DNA from: Rhynchopus sp. YZ270_cl-10
Taxonomy: Eukaryota
Direction: 5' to 3'
Assembly: GCA_964035575.1 (NCBI GenBank)
Contig: OZ037845.1
Coordinates: 930,001-994,000 of the forward strand
DNA: 64,000 nt
Shown here one piece after another: positions 24,176-37,700 of the stretch. The notes below the pieces were generated by a model, which was not told where the DNA came from, did not search any database, and saw only the letters and a list, made by a program, of their open reading frames with translations. Position numbers and translations under genes: made by a program. The number at the start of each line of letters is the position of its first letter. Positions within the stretch are counted from its first letter, which is position 1.

Positions 24176-24884
24176 TTCACCCCAGGTAGGTAGGTAGGTA
24201 CATGGAATACCCCTGTCGTGTGTGTGGAAAAGGAGGGCAGCAAATGAAAGTGAAGCACGGTGAATGGAATAAGGGATGTACAGGAACCATCTCAGAACGA
24301 AGTGAAAAAAAATGTGAGGTGGATGGGGCAGGGGAGGGGAAAGGGGGGTAAATAGTTCAAAGAGTGCCGTTTTTTTCAGACTTTTTTATGCTTTCATGAG
24401 ATACCAACAACAGTTTTTAGTGATGACAGCCTCGCGCTTACTTGTAGGTGCAACGGTGGGCACTGTGTGGTGGTGAGAAATGGGGATGGGTAATGGGTAA
24501 GTGGATAGTAAGATTAATAGTGATGCAGACAAATCGGTGTCAAAACCAGACAATTATACCCGCCAACTGATCTTGATAACTTGATAAAAGGAAAGAAGAC
24601 TTATTTTCGTTGAACGCAGCCCAAAAGGTGAAATCCTGATGTGGCGCAAAGTGAAATGATGTGAAAAAGAAATGGATAAGTCGTTAACAAGTCAAATGGT
24701 GGCTTTCTTTTTGTCTGGTTTCTAAACACTTCGTGTGGAGGAACAAAAAAAGTGAAATGGGCGCAACACGTCACCAACACAAATGGCACTCTGCATAAAA
24801 ACACAAATAAACACAACGTTAACGGCGAATGTGCTTCTCATGAGGTCACGACGCAAAAAAGATAATGAGGGGAAAAAAACATAC

Positions 24885-25582
24885 CGGTCTCCGAAGCGCT
24901 TGTGGGCGGCGGGCTTGACGTACCCGAGACGCTTGGCCTGGGAGGTGGGCTTCGGCACGGTCTTCTCCTTCTTCTCGAGGATCATCTCCACGTGGCACGG
25001 GGATGCCTGTAAGAGAAGTGTTGGGGTGAGTGGTGTTAATTATTGTTCGTAAATTTTGCACAGCTTCTTCCCTTTATTTGACGCAAGAAAGGGACCCAAA
25101 AAACCCCCCTATTTGCAATAGGTATTGCTCCAGATGGAATGTATGGAAAAATTATGTGAACATACCATGTAGGCTCCAACACGACCGTGGGCACGGTAAG
25201 TGCGACGGCGGATCTTCTGGGCGCGGTTGACCTGGATGTGTCCGATCTGGAGGTCCGAGGTGTCGAGTCCCTTGGCCTCGGCGTTGCTCTCAGCGTTCTT
25301 GAGGAGGCCCTGGAACATCTCCACGGACTTACGGGGCCAGCGTCCCTGGGTCACTCCGAACTCCTTGGCCTGGGGGGTACGCCCGGCAGCGTGGGAGAAA
25401 CGGATGTACGGCACACAGCGCTTGTGGTCCATGACGTCCTCAAGGTACTTCTGGGCCTTCTTGAAGGTCATGGAGCGGAGGGTGCGTGCCACCTGCCATG
25501 TGTTCTTGAAGTGGATGCGAAGGTCCGATCCACGGGCGTGCACGGCGGACTCGTCCTTAACGATCTTGGAGTACTTTCCCAT
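24885..25582 (-). CDS. RPL17: 60S ribosomal protein L17 (uL22); exons 25582-25166, 25006-24885; a short final exon is not resolved
   Basis: ARGSDLRIHFKNT, GRWPRKS, NAESNAE, RRRTYRAHGR|ASPCHVEMIL; GTATGT donors at 25165 and 24884. Confidence 0.95.
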
Positions 25583-26119
25583 TTTGAGGTTGTGGTGTTG
25601 TAGGTGTTGTGATGGTCTCTCTGAAGGTGGATAGGTTGAGTTTGTGTTTATCAGTATTTGGGTAATTCCGGAATACGACCCAATGTGTGGTGTTGTGTGG
25701 GTGGGTAGCTTCAAATACAATACCACATCATCAACGACAAGGTAATCCAAATAGAGGATGGCATGAAAAAGGGGGTTACTTTTATATGTCTACTATGGTT
25801 ACTATCGGTGTTTGTCACAAGCGAAACAAAAGGGAAGAGAGAGAGAGAGGGGAGAAAGGAGGAAAAGGCAAAGTCTATGGTATGTTTCAGAAGGGAAGCT
25901 GTCCCCCAAGAGAGGACCTTCTGACCCTCCCCAATCCACCCCCCTCGAGGGGTTTGTGTAATAAATCAGGGGCAGGTGGGCACCCGGTATTTCCGGATTA
26001 GAACCAGGCCTGACAGAAATGCGCACACTACATTATTTAGCCACTTTGTATCTCGAATAACGTTCAGAGGGGGGAAAGAGAACCTTTGAGGTCGCGTTGC
26101 ATTCCGTTCATAACATTCT

Positions 26120-27598
26120 TCAAAAATCGATGACCTCGAGTCTGAGCAGAGAGGAGACTGGTTTGCTGATCAGCTGCGCAGCTGTGAACCGCCTGGCAGT
26201 GATGGACACTCCGGTCCTGACTGTGTACGCATTGCCTAAGGCCACCAAAAAGGTGCGCGCATATGCAGGAGTGAACTGCAGACACAAATCAGAACTGTTC
26301 CGTGGGACCAACACCCCTATCAAACCGTCGTCCGAATGCACCACATCCTGTATGTGTTCCAAGGGAACCGTTGTGTCCACCGAGGCCGAAGAGTTGTGCT
26401 CCACCCTCAGCTCCGTGGGTGTCAGGATAACTTGTCGGGTGGCAGGCGGGAGAGACGCTGTCACCTTGAGACACGGTACCGCACAGACACCCCGAGATGG
26501 ACAGTACACCATCGAGTCTATGAACGGCTCCCCCAGCCCCCCCACACCACCGATCGAGCCTGAGTTGTGCATGTATTCGACAAGCATCATCGGGTTGTAG
26601 CCGTTCTGAACCTCCCCGTCGAGGGTTGCAAGCGGGTTGTTGAACTGCTTTTGCTGGAGGTCCAGCTCCATAAGTCCCTGCCCCCCGCGGTCGGGAGACA
26701 TAGATTCGAAGCCGTCGCGTGCAGTGCGCTCTTCACTGACGAGGTCGTCGCGTACGGCGTACTCGTCGTGCTGGAGGGGGGTCGTCGTCCTTAGGCTTTC
26801 AAACGCATCCTTCGCAGACATTGTCCCAACATTCATGCGTCTGTTGTAATCTGCAGACACAAGCGGTGTTGTGTTGTCCTCGTGTTTCGTGGGGTACTTC
26901 TCCTGTGGTGGCGGTGCGGGCAGCAGCAGCGCCGTGTTCTGTGCAGCAATGCACAACGCTGCCGTCACAATGGCAGCCATCTCGTCGCTGGGCAGTGAAT
27001 GCGAGATGATCAGCCAGATGCGGTCCTTGTTCGCAATGAGCTTCTCAAACTGCGTTCTCGTCTCGATGAGCGTCCCGTCCACAGCGACGATGCGGTTGTT
27101 GATGGTGATGCCGTACTCAGAAGCAGCGCTGTTCGGGCGGACAGACTTGATGGGAACCCCACGGACATATCTGCCACGCATCTTGTCGTAGAGACGCACT
27201 CTTTCGCGCCCTTTCTTATCTTCTATGAGGATGCCTAGGTCACGCTCTGTGAGGTTCACATCCATCCTTGTTTCGCCTCTGTTCTTCGCACCTAGTTTGA
27301 ATTTGATGAGAAGCGCGCAGCAGATAATGAAGAGCAGACAGCCGATGATGATGAAGATGATTGCGATCACGCTGAAGCCGTCGTCGTCTTCGTCTTCCTC
27401 TGGCAGGAAGAAGGTGGACGAAGCTGTATGAGTGAACGTGCTCGACAGAGACACAGTCGGCGTCACAGTGACCGACGCTGTTGCTGTCACTGTCGAGCTC
27501 AAACTCCACGTACTACTGACGCTAGGACTTTCACTAAGCGACACTGTCATCGTATGAACCAATGTCGCTGTCTGCGTGCGTGAGACTACAGCCGCCAT
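26120..27598 (-). CDS. Single-pass membrane protein with S/T-rich N-terminus and PDZ domain
   Basis: 492-aa ORF; TM VIAIIFIIIGCLLFIICCALLI; PDZ-like IKSVRPNSAASEYGITINNRIVAVDG. Confidence 0.7.
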   Translation of the reverse strand: MAAVVSRTQTATLVHTMTVSLSESPSVSSTWSLSSTVTATASVTVTPTVSLSSTFTHTASSTFFLPEEDEDDDGFSVIAIIFIIIGCLLFIICCALLIKFKLGAKNRGETRMDVNLTERDLGILIEDKKGRERVRLYDKMRGRYVRGVPIKSVRPNSAASEYGITINNRIVAVDGTLIETRTQFEKLIANKDRIWLIISHSLPSDEMAAIVTAALCIAAQNTALLLPAPPPQEKYPTKHEDNTTPLVSADYNRRMNVGTMSAKDAFESLRTTTPLQHDEYAVRDDLVSEERTARDGFESMSPDRGGQGLMELDLQQKQFNNPLATLDGEVQNGYNPMMLVEYMHNSGSIGGVGGLGEPFIDSMVYCPSRGVCAVPCLKVTASLPPATRQVILTPTELRVEHNSSASVDTTVPLEHIQDVVHSDDGLIGVLVPRNSSDLCLQFTPAYARTFLVALGNAYTVRTGVSITARRFTAAQLISKPVSSLLRLEVIDF

Positions 27599-28055
27599 CT
27601 TGTCTCAGCCCCGCTTCTAACAAAAAAGAGAGAAAAAAAAAGCAAGCTCAACGGTTTTCGCCTAAGATTCGAATATCTCACTCATTTGGGCAAAGGGGAA
27701 ACGTTGGTGTCCTGTACGAAATATTTAGAGGGAGGGGGAAGGAGTGGAGAGGAGAAGTGGGGGAAAAGAGAGAATTATAAAAATATGACATTGTGGTAAT
27801 ATTCTGGAAATCTTCTACTTGGTTACATATCTGAAAGGTTAAAGACAAAAAGAGAAAGAAAACGGAGGTGAGGGCATTGACCACTTTGCAGGTGGAGGCG
27901 AAAGGTGTGGGGCATTTCTATAAAAGATGCATGTGTCTCACAAACATACACATCCTTCAAAAAAGACAGTTGGTAATATGAACCTAAGCCTCACGTTCAA
28001 TCTACCAAAAAAGAGAAAAAAATTCCCAAAAAAAAACCCCCCTTGATACCACCAA

Positions 28056-31024
28056 CACGGATGCTGCCAGATCTGGCCAGATTTGGGGGCCAATTTCCCA
28101 GATCTGGCTCGTTTTCCAGATGTGGAGATCTTGTTTCCAGATCTGGCCAGATCTGGCCAGATCTGGGAATCTGGGAAATTTTTTTTTTCAAAAAAAAAAA
28201 AAAACTCCCCAGATCTGGCCAGATCTGGAAATCTGGCCAGTTTTTTTTTTCCCTCAGATTTCTGGCTATTGTCTCCCAGGGAAAGGGACTCTCGAATTTT
28301 TTTTTTCGCCCCTAAAAAGGGCTAATTTCGACGATTTGAGGCCATTTAAAGCAAAATTTGGCACTTTTGAGCATCTGTGGGGGTCTAAAACGTGGTTTTG
28401 CGAACCCGAAATTTCATGGTTTTTACCAAAGACAAGTCGATTTTTGAAAAATCTCGAAAAAAAAAAATTTTTTTTTTCCGGGAAAATTTTGACCCCTGAG
28501 CAGGGTTTTTGTGTACCAAAAAGTGCAAAAAAACGCAAGAGTCGGGTGTTTTGACGATCTGGTACCGCCATATGCAGTACAGGGGCCCACAATTTCGACT
28601 TTTTCTTAGCAATTTCCTTCATAATTTATTTTTCTTCGATTTCTGGCAAAGGCAAATCTCAGGCAAAAAAAATTCACCCCTGATAGTGGGTCCTTGGGTG
28701 TCCAAAGATGCCAAAAACACAAAATTTTTGATGTTTTGACCATCTGTGGGCGCCTAAAACGCACTTCTCTGCCCAAAAAATGAAAATCGATTTTTCCTTA
28801 GCGTTTTTATAGCCGTGATTTTTGGGTATTTTTTCGCAAAGGGAAAAAAAAAAATATCAACCAAAATAGTGGGTCCTTGGGTGACCAAAAATGCAAAAAA
28901 ACGTTTTTTTTTGGTGTTTTGACCCTTCAGAACCACCCAAAACGCACTTTTGTGTACCAAAACACGCATATTTCAGATTTCCTCAGCAATTCCTTCACAA
29001 GTGCAAGGTGATTTTTGACCAAACTAATTTTGTGCACTTTTTTTGTGGTCACGTAACGCTAAAATCCTCTCCGTGATGCGAGAATTACATGTGAGAATGC
29101 GATAATGATTCTCGCATGCGAACGCCCAAAACCACGAAGGAGGACGCAAGCAAGGCTTCAGTGCACTTAGGTACAGGATGCGTCGTTTTCAGTTACAAAA
29201 AAGGGTACTGTGAAGCGGTTGAGGCACACACACAGACCCGTTGCAAAATGCATCTGGGACCCACGCTAGACCCCCCAAAAGCTGTAAAACCATATATTTC
29301 CATCTCGCGACCCCAGCGGATGTGGACTGAGGTGTTTTTTTTTGGGTGTTTAGAAAGGTTTTTGTCCGATTGGAGAATTTTTTCGGTAAGTGTTGCATTT
29401 TGTCCCCACTGAGTGTGCACTCAGAAAACACTCATCAATAAAACGACCTTTCTGTTCGGTAAAAAATAGTTATTTTCTATCGTAGTAGTGGGTTTGTCGT
29501 GCAGTGATGTTCTTTGTACCTGGAGAGTGGGCCGAGTGCAAGGTATGTTTTTAACCCCCCGATTTTCTCCCTTTTCGACATGTTCGCTATTTTTTAGCTA
29601 TTTTTTTTTTTTGTCAACAAAAATGTCACTTTTACGTTTAAGGGGTACGGGGCGGCTTCTTGTTTGTTTGTTTGTTTTTTTGTTGTAGTCTCTACTTTTA
29701 CATTCAATTTCTCTTAACAGGTACCCGAACCGACGACCCTTCATCATAACAGCGAAGCAGTGCCGACGGAAGAGCTGGTGCAATTATTTCAAAACCAGGT
29801 GGCGATCGTAAAAGTCGGGTTTATATACCAACTTTTCCATTAACCCACCCCATAGACCACCCTAATTATTATGAAACTCTTAGTCAGTCACTGCTATAGC
29901 CATTTAACCCAGGGAGCGTAGCTAGTGCAAGAAATTCGACTTCGGGATCCGGAAAGTCTGTCCTCTGCTTGCGGAGGACTAGGCACAAGAAAATATTGCG
30001 TTCCCCCAGAAAACTAATTTTTGTCACAGTAATTTTTGCCCAGGGCATGCTCTTGAAGCATGGCGGCTTGGTGTGAGAAGGGGCAGTGTATTGTTTTGTT
30101 CTAGATTTCAACGGTTGTTAGAACGAGTCAAGTGGATGCTTATCTAAACACTGACTTTAGTACAGACCCGAGAGATCACACATGACTTTGAGGAAAGAAC
30201 AAAGCAATGCATCTGTACCCGCACGCCAGGTTGTAGTTACTTCAGAATTTTCTTAAGTTTGCATGAACGAGGAGGGGCGAATCATTCTTCGGGAACCATA
30301 GTTGTATACCATGGAATGATTTTCTCAAAAACACCACGTGGGGGCTGAATTCAATCCCTTAAGAATTGCGAATTCAGCCTTTGTAGAAGGTACGTCTTAC
30401 TTGTACTTGTACTTGTATGCCGTGTCCACCCTTCTCGACCTTACCGGTTCACATGTACGAATAATATTAGGCAGTGGTAACACCCTTCTCAATTGTGCAA
30501 ACTTAAGAATTTTCTGCTGTAACTTACCAAAATCGATTTTCTTTCACCCCAAACACCCGCAACACCCCACCTGCTACTTCGGTAGCCTGTGTTGTTGGGA
30601 GTTGGTTCTCATGTTGATCCCCAGTGTTTTGCACTGCTTCTTCTGAGCCCAACGCTGTTTGGCCTGTCGACGTAATAAATACGAAGACAGGGCGGCGGTG
30701 CCAACAATTTTCCAATGATGTAACGTTTATCTGATTGATTTATCGTTTGATATACCTTGTGTGTCCTCGTAACTTGCACACACGAGCAACGTATATTGAA
30801 CGGTACTTCAAGCGATACTTCGTTATGTCATTGGGGGTACCTGGAAAAAAAAATTTTCCCAGACGTCCCAGATCTCCCAGATGTGGCCAGATCTGGCCAG
30901 ATCTGGCCAGATCTGGGACGTCTGGGAAAAAATTTTTTTTCAAAAAAAAAAAAAATTTTCCCAGATCTGGCCAGATCTGGGCGGCCCAGATCTGGAGATC
31001 TGGCCAGATCTGGCAGCATCCGTG
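28056..31024. mobile_element. Non-autonomous TIR DNA transposon with 6-bp TSD CACCAA
   Basis: TIR CACGGATGCTGCCAGATCTGGCCAGAT at both ends; CACCAA at 28050-28055 and 31025-31030; ~200-bp terminal domains of CCAGATCTGG palindromes. Confidence 0.92.
29884..30715 (-). pseudogene. Degenerate piggyBac-like transposase relic (copy 1)
   Basis: DNA homology to 60518-61300 (29884-30102 and ~30545-30700); frameshifted fragments PVFV, CKTLGINMRTN, FLGERNIFLCLV. Confidence 0.5.
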
Positions 31025-31798
31025 CACCAAATTGCCTCCCAAAGGCTTTTTCGAATTGTCCTTTTCACAAAAAGCAAAATAAAAAAATGTCACCAACTCA
31101 AATCTACAATTCACATATGGGGAAGGGAATGTGGAAGGGAAAAAAAGAAAGACGGAAGGAAATACGAATATAAAAGAAAAATGAATCTTTTTTTTTGAAA
31201 GTGTCAAAGCTTTAGGCAATTTCTTGTTGCACGTCCCCATGGCTGAACGACTAAAGAAATGTGTGCCATAGTGTTGGTATTGAGCTACAAGCATCGTTCG
31301 AAAGCAAGACAACAAATCAAAATGTAACAAAAGTTAGTCTATTGGTTAACAGGGCGGGGGGACGGAGGGAAAAGAGGGTGTCATAGATTGATCGTGCTGA
31401 GAACAAAGTGTCTGACTCTCTTTAATATGCACTCTCTTCACAAAAAAAATGCTCTTTTTTTTGTTTTGACACAATTGAAAGATGTGCGTAGCAAAGCTGT
31501 TATTTTGCAACTTCGTCGAAAAGCACTTCCTTTTGTTAAAAGCAACGGGAAAGGCTTGCTCGCATATTTGGAGGGGGAAAAACTGTACTAAAATGGCATT
31601 GACAATCTTACAAAGCAGTGAGGACTTATCCTCACTTTTAACAACAAAAAAAAAAAAAAAAAAAAAAAAAACCAAAACGTAACTGCGTTCTGTTGGGATA
31701 TCTAAGTGAAGCACAACATGCTCCCTACCCGCACGGTCTCCTTTTCACTCTATAGAAGGATGGTAACTATGCTATTTCCCCCTTTTCCCCTTTGCATT

Positions 31799-34700
31799 CT
31801 ACAGGACACGCCCATCGCCGTAGCTGCCGTCAGGCTGCAGATTATCAAGGGGGTTTGCTTGTTGGGACGGTGCTGGGAGGGGGGTGACGCTGTAGGGGTC
31901 TTTGACGAAGGGGTTTGATTGGGGCGCATGCGACTCTGCGTACATGCTGTTTTGGTAGGAGGCAGCGCCGTCAGGCCCGCCCTTCCAGGCAACAACGAGG
32001 GCTGTCTCAGGCAGGGTCCAGATGCCGCGTGCACCCACACCCGCACCCTCGGGGTAGTAGTAGTACTGGTTGCGTGAGTTGCTCCAGCGTGCCACGTAAC
32101 GCTCCCCGTCACCATCCTGAAGATGCACCATCTCCTCCTTCACAGGTTCCTGTGCAGCGTTCGGCTCGTAGTAGTCCTGGCTGTATGGTGGCGGCTTCTC
32201 GTACACAACACGCTCCTGGTGTGGTGTGGTGTGATGAGTGTGTGGTGTGTGCGTCTCAGGCGCCTGCTTCGGTGCAGCAGTTGCTGCGCTTGTGTTCGAG
32301 TTCGAGTTTGAGTTCGAGTTTGGCCCCGCAAAGCAGAATATAGCAACAAGCAAACCAATAATCAGTATGAGACAGAACACAGACGCAACAACAATCAACG
32401 CAATAGCCCACCCAGGCAGGTCGTCGTCATCCGACGTCGTGCTTGGCGACAAGGTCGCAGTACTCCCAGATCCCCCACCAGAGCAGCAGGCACTCGCATC
32501 ACAACCTGATGCCGCACAGATCGCACTCGCAGACAGCGAACCCGTCACACAGGTGAAGGAGGAGCAGCTGACACAACACTCGGAGATGGCGCACACCGTC
32601 GCCACACACTGCACAATCGCCGCATTCGACTTGAGCTGGCACTGCCCCGCGAACTGGTTGCACTGCGTCGAGGGGACAACTGGCGTCCCAGGGGGAAGAG
32701 GCGTCACCGACCCGGGAATGGGTGTGCCGGTGTTGAGGAGACTCACCGTAGGGAGGGTGTCTGCTGTCACAGCGGCGTACTTATCGTCGGAGGACCTGAT
32801 GTTCTGCAGTGCCACTGAGTAGGGGGTGTCTGCACCCGAGCCGCTCACCCCGGTAACGACCACTGTCTGCGGGGTGCGCCACGTGTCTGATGTGAAGGTC
32901 AGCAGTGCTGGGACTGCTGAGCCCTGTGTGGTGTCATTGCTCACAATGTCCATGAGCACATCGCCTGAAGGGCGCGAGGTGAGCGCAACGGTGAAGGTCG
33001 CAGTGCCGCCCTGCTGCGAGGTGAACAGGCTGCCTGTGGGCTGCACATTCACACCTGTCACGTCGTCATCGACCACAGTCACTTTCACGTCTAATGGGTT
33101 GAAGCCGTGGTACTTCAAGTCAGCGGACTGCGCAGCAGAAGTGACGATCGACACCTCAACATCCCCATCGTCAACATCATCGTTCACCGCCCTCACAGAC
33201 ACGAACTGTGGCGTCGACCAATGAATCTTCCCCGACGTAGGCTGAATATCAGGAGTGAAGATCAGTCTCTGTGTATCAATAGTAGCCTGCTCCACCAAAG
33301 CGCTGGCCAAGTCAAGTGTGACGTCGTGTGTGGGTTGCGTCAGCAAGACAACGCTGAAGTTGCCAACATTGTTCTGGTTCGTGGACGTCCCTGCCTCGTT
33401 CACCACAAGCACCAGTGGTGCGATCTCAACACCAAACGTGTCGTCGTCGCCGTTGACGAGCTGGATGTCATTGATGTCGAGACCTGCAATGCGCGTGTCG
33501 TCCGAGATGGCTGGGTGCAGCACGATACTCACAGGCACATCCCCGTCGTCCACGCTGTCCTGCACAGAGGTAACGGTGACTGTCTGCGGGAAGGACCACG
33601 AACCTGGTGTGAAGAGGAGGAACGATGTGGACACAACAACTTCGGATGTGTCGTTGCTGGAGATGGGCACCGTCACGTCAGCAAGCGGCTGTGTCAGGAG
33701 TGCCACTGTGAAGCGCAGTGTGTGGTCTGGGGAGAAGGCAGACTCATGCGTGATGCCCTCGCAGCAGCTGCAACCAGGCAACACACACACCGCCCCAGTG
33801 CTGACGTCGTCGTCCGTCGTCGACACAGGGATTACGTTAGCAGGACTTGTCAACCCTTGGTACACAGTGTCACGGCTTTGTGCGGGCTCAACCATCACGT
33901 TGTATGCAACATTGCCGTCGTCCATCATGTCGTCCACACCTGTCACTCTGATCTCCACTGGGGCTGAGTAGTTCGCGGGACCGAAGAAGACCAGCTGGGG
34001 CTCCACCTTCCCTTCTGTGTGGTCGCCAGAGGTGACCGGCACGGTGACGACGTCTGTAGGCTGGGAGAGCAGGTTAATGAAGAAGACCTTCCCTTCAGCA
34101 CCTGCCTCGTCCACCACAAGGGGTGGCACCACACCACGCAGGTCCACGTTGACGCCTGCAGTGTCGTCGTCCTGGTTGAGACCCAGGATCGTCGGCAGGA
34201 CCCTCCCGTTGTAGTTAGTGTCAAGGCTCTCCACCAGTGGGAACGTGATGGTGAAGCTGACGTCACCATCCTGCACATCGTCGTTCTGCCCAGAGACGGT
34301 GACCGGGATGTCCTGGTAGTTCGTGCTGTCGAAGCGGATCGATGCAGGCGAGACAACACCCTCCGTCGTGTCGCTGGTCAGCACAGTCAACACCACGTCG
34401 GATGAGGGCTCCGATGTCAGCGAGATGAAGAACTGGTCTGTGGTGCCTGCCTCCGTCGTGCTGAGTCTGAACCTGTTGATGTCTGTAATAACGTTGGAAA
34501 GAGAGTCTTTCAAGAGAAACCCTGCTACATCGTTGTCCTGTGTCAACATGCTGAGGCGTGGCCCAATCAGGTTGTCGTACCCAGGGTCACCCATGGACGT
34601 TGCATCGAAGTTGACTGTGGATGCCACGTCGCCGTCAAGGATGCTGTCGTCCACTGCCGTCACCGTCACAGTCTGTGGGGTGGCGTAGTCGGTGGTGGTA

Positions 34701-37700
34701 AACGTCAACGTTGCCAGGTCGACAGCGACCTCTGTTGCATCTGCAACGGTTATCCCCACCGTCACATCCCCTTTCGGTATCGACGTCAAGGTGACTCTAA
34801 ACTGTGCACTGAGTGTGCTTGCTTCGGTCAGCACAAATGGCGGCACGCTGTTCATAACAGGGGTGACAATGATATTGGGAGTATCATCATCGACGTTCAC
34901 GACCCGCACGTCGGGCGGGTTCAGTGCAGCGTAGACCGCGTCGTCTGAGGATGCGGTTGTGACAATCGTATACGTGATGCTCCCATCTGCGACATTGTCG
35001 TCCTGGGGGGTCACCGTCACTGTCTGTGGCGTGCTCCACTGGTTGCGCCCCGGTGCGCAGGGCAACGTCGTGCACGTGTCTGCCAGGAACACTACTTGTG
35101 AGGGGCTCACCGTTCCCTCCGCAGTGTTGTCGCTTGTCAGTGTGATCACAACGTCCTTAGTCGGCTGCGTGAAGAGCACAATGTTGAACGTCACAGGCGC
35201 ACCGTTCTCAACAGTCTCGATGCTCGTAGGTGTGGCCCCCACCCCAGCCAAGTCGTCGTCTTCGTTCGACACAAATACCGAAGGAATTGTGAGTGCGTTG
35301 AACTGTGTGTCGGTAGACCGCGTCACGAAGAAGATTTCATACGTCACAGTCCCATCCTGCACAGCATCCTGCATGCCTGTTACTGTCACGGTATTGGTCC
35401 CGTCCCAGTTAGCAGGGGTGAGAACGAGGTCTGGAACGGACACAACACCTTCGCTCGTGTCGCGGCTGGTGATAGAGACTGTCACAGGTGCAAGGGGCTC
35501 GGATCTAAGTTTAATGACAAAGGAGACCGCGCCCCCGTTCTCGTTGGTGATAAGCGTGGTGGCGGTGGTGAAATCGACTGCGTTCAAGGCGGTGACACCG
35601 TCGGGCTGCAGGAAAGACAGCCCAGCCACATCGTCGTCTGCGTTGGTGATGCCTGTCAACCGCGGCAGGAACAGCATCGTGTCTGCATACTGCACATCAG
35701 TGGTGACAATGTGTGACACACTGACAAACACTGGCTGCACACCATCCGCAACGTTGTCATCCTGGCCTGTGAGCGTAACGGTCTGCGGGCTCGCGTAGTC
35801 TGTCGTTGAGAACGTGAGCACCTCAGGTGTCAATGCCCCCTCCGTGTGGTCCGAAGACGCAAGGTGCACAGTGACCATGGCAGTAGGCTCAGAGTCAAGC
35901 ACAACCGTAAACGTCACAGCAGTGCCGGTCTCAGAGATCTCGTTGTTGGGCACAGGTGCGGTCATAGTGATGCCGGGCACGTCGTCGTCCTCGTTCGACA
36001 CTACCACATCCTGCACCTGGAAGCCGTTGTAGTTTGCATCGTTCGAAACGGCAGGGTCAGCCCTGATTTGGTACACTTGAGTCCCATCTGCAATTGCGTC
36101 ATCGACGACGTTGATTGTAACTACAAGCGGAGTTGCCCATGTCATATCGGAGGGGAGGATGACTTGCAGCGGGGAAATGTTCCCCTCTGTCGTGTCTGTG
36201 CTCTGCAGGTTGACGGTGACATCGGCAGTTGGCTGCGATGTCAGAGCCATTGTGATACTTGACTGCACAACTGTGCCTTCCTTTGTGCTCACTGCGTATG
36301 AACTCATCACAATCCCCCTTACGTCGTCGTCCCTGCAAACAATGCTCACCAGGTCGCTAACCAATGTGCTGTATATGAAATCGCTTGCGGCTGTGGTCAC
36401 AGTACCCTGCACCGTGAAGGGCTGGTCACCATCATCAACATCGTCGTTCACACCTTTGACGCTCACGGTTTGGGGTACATTCCAATTTGTGTTCGTCAAA
36501 GTGACTGTCGCAGGAGCCACAATCTCGGCTTCAGTCGCGTCAGAAACAGCGAAGGTAATCACGACGTCGCCGACAGGTTGGGTTTTCAACGACGCCACAA
36601 ACTTCGCTTCTGTCCCGCTCTCGGTCACTTCGGTCATCCACACACCGTTCGGTGGGGCAAGCAAGATCCCTGGGGTGTCGTTGTCCTGGTTGATGCCAGT
36701 GATCGTACTGGGGGACACGGCAAGACCCGAGTAGGAGGTATCTGTGGAAGTGGCTGTAGAGAAGCTGATGATGAAATTTTGGTTGTCATCTGCAATCAAG
36801 TCGTCCAGCCCAGTCAAGGTTACTGTCTGCTGCGTGCTCCATTGCCCAGTACCCCCGGAAGTGAATGTCAGAGTTTTGGTCGAAAGCGCAACTTCGGTGG
36901 GTTTGTCCACATCGAACGTAATAACAACATCTGCCGTGGGCTGTGTCGCCAAGCGCACCATGAAGGTGTCACTAGTCCCGGTTTCCGACACAAGCTTTGA
37001 GAGGTGGTTAGACAGCACAATCGCAGCCACGTCGTCGTCAGTGTTTGTTACCGTCACATCTGGCGCCACCACAGCTGAATACATAGTGTCGGTTGAAATC
37101 ACAGTTGTCACGATTGAGTATGTTTGATCACCGTCCTGGATAGGGTCCTGTAGTCCTGTCACCGTTACTGTCTGGACTGAAGACCATGTCCCTGCCTGGA
37201 ATATAAGAGACGTCGCAGAGAGTGATCCTTCACCAGACATCTGGCTCACAAGCGTGATGGTAACGTCCGCCTCAGGTTGTGAGCCAAGCACAACAGTGAA
37301 CTGATCCGATGTGCCTGCCTCGGAAGTGGTCACGGTTGTTGGAGTGATGATGACACTACGCACGTCGTTGTCGCCGCTTTGGACGGGCACCCTTACTGAC
37401 GCCAGGGTCTTGTAAGAGTCTTCCATGTCTGCAGGGACCGTAAGAGGGGCGGCTATGGGCGAGACAAAGATGTTGAAGCTTTGTGTGCCGTCATCAATCA
37501 AGTCATCCACCCCCGTGACGGTGACAACCTGCAGGACAGACCAGTCTGTCTCTGTGAACGTAAGTGTTGATGTAGAGACAACGGCTTCGGTGTGGTCTTC
37601 GCTGTCAACTGTCAGGTAGACTTGCTTGCCGGGGTTCGGTGACGTCTGTAGTCTCACGGAAAACGTCGTGGCAAGTGGCATGCCTGTGCCGTCATCTTCG

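Noticed and set aside
27997..31330. ORFs rich in PDLARSGQIW
   Set aside because: Translations of the CCAGATCTGG subterminal repeats.
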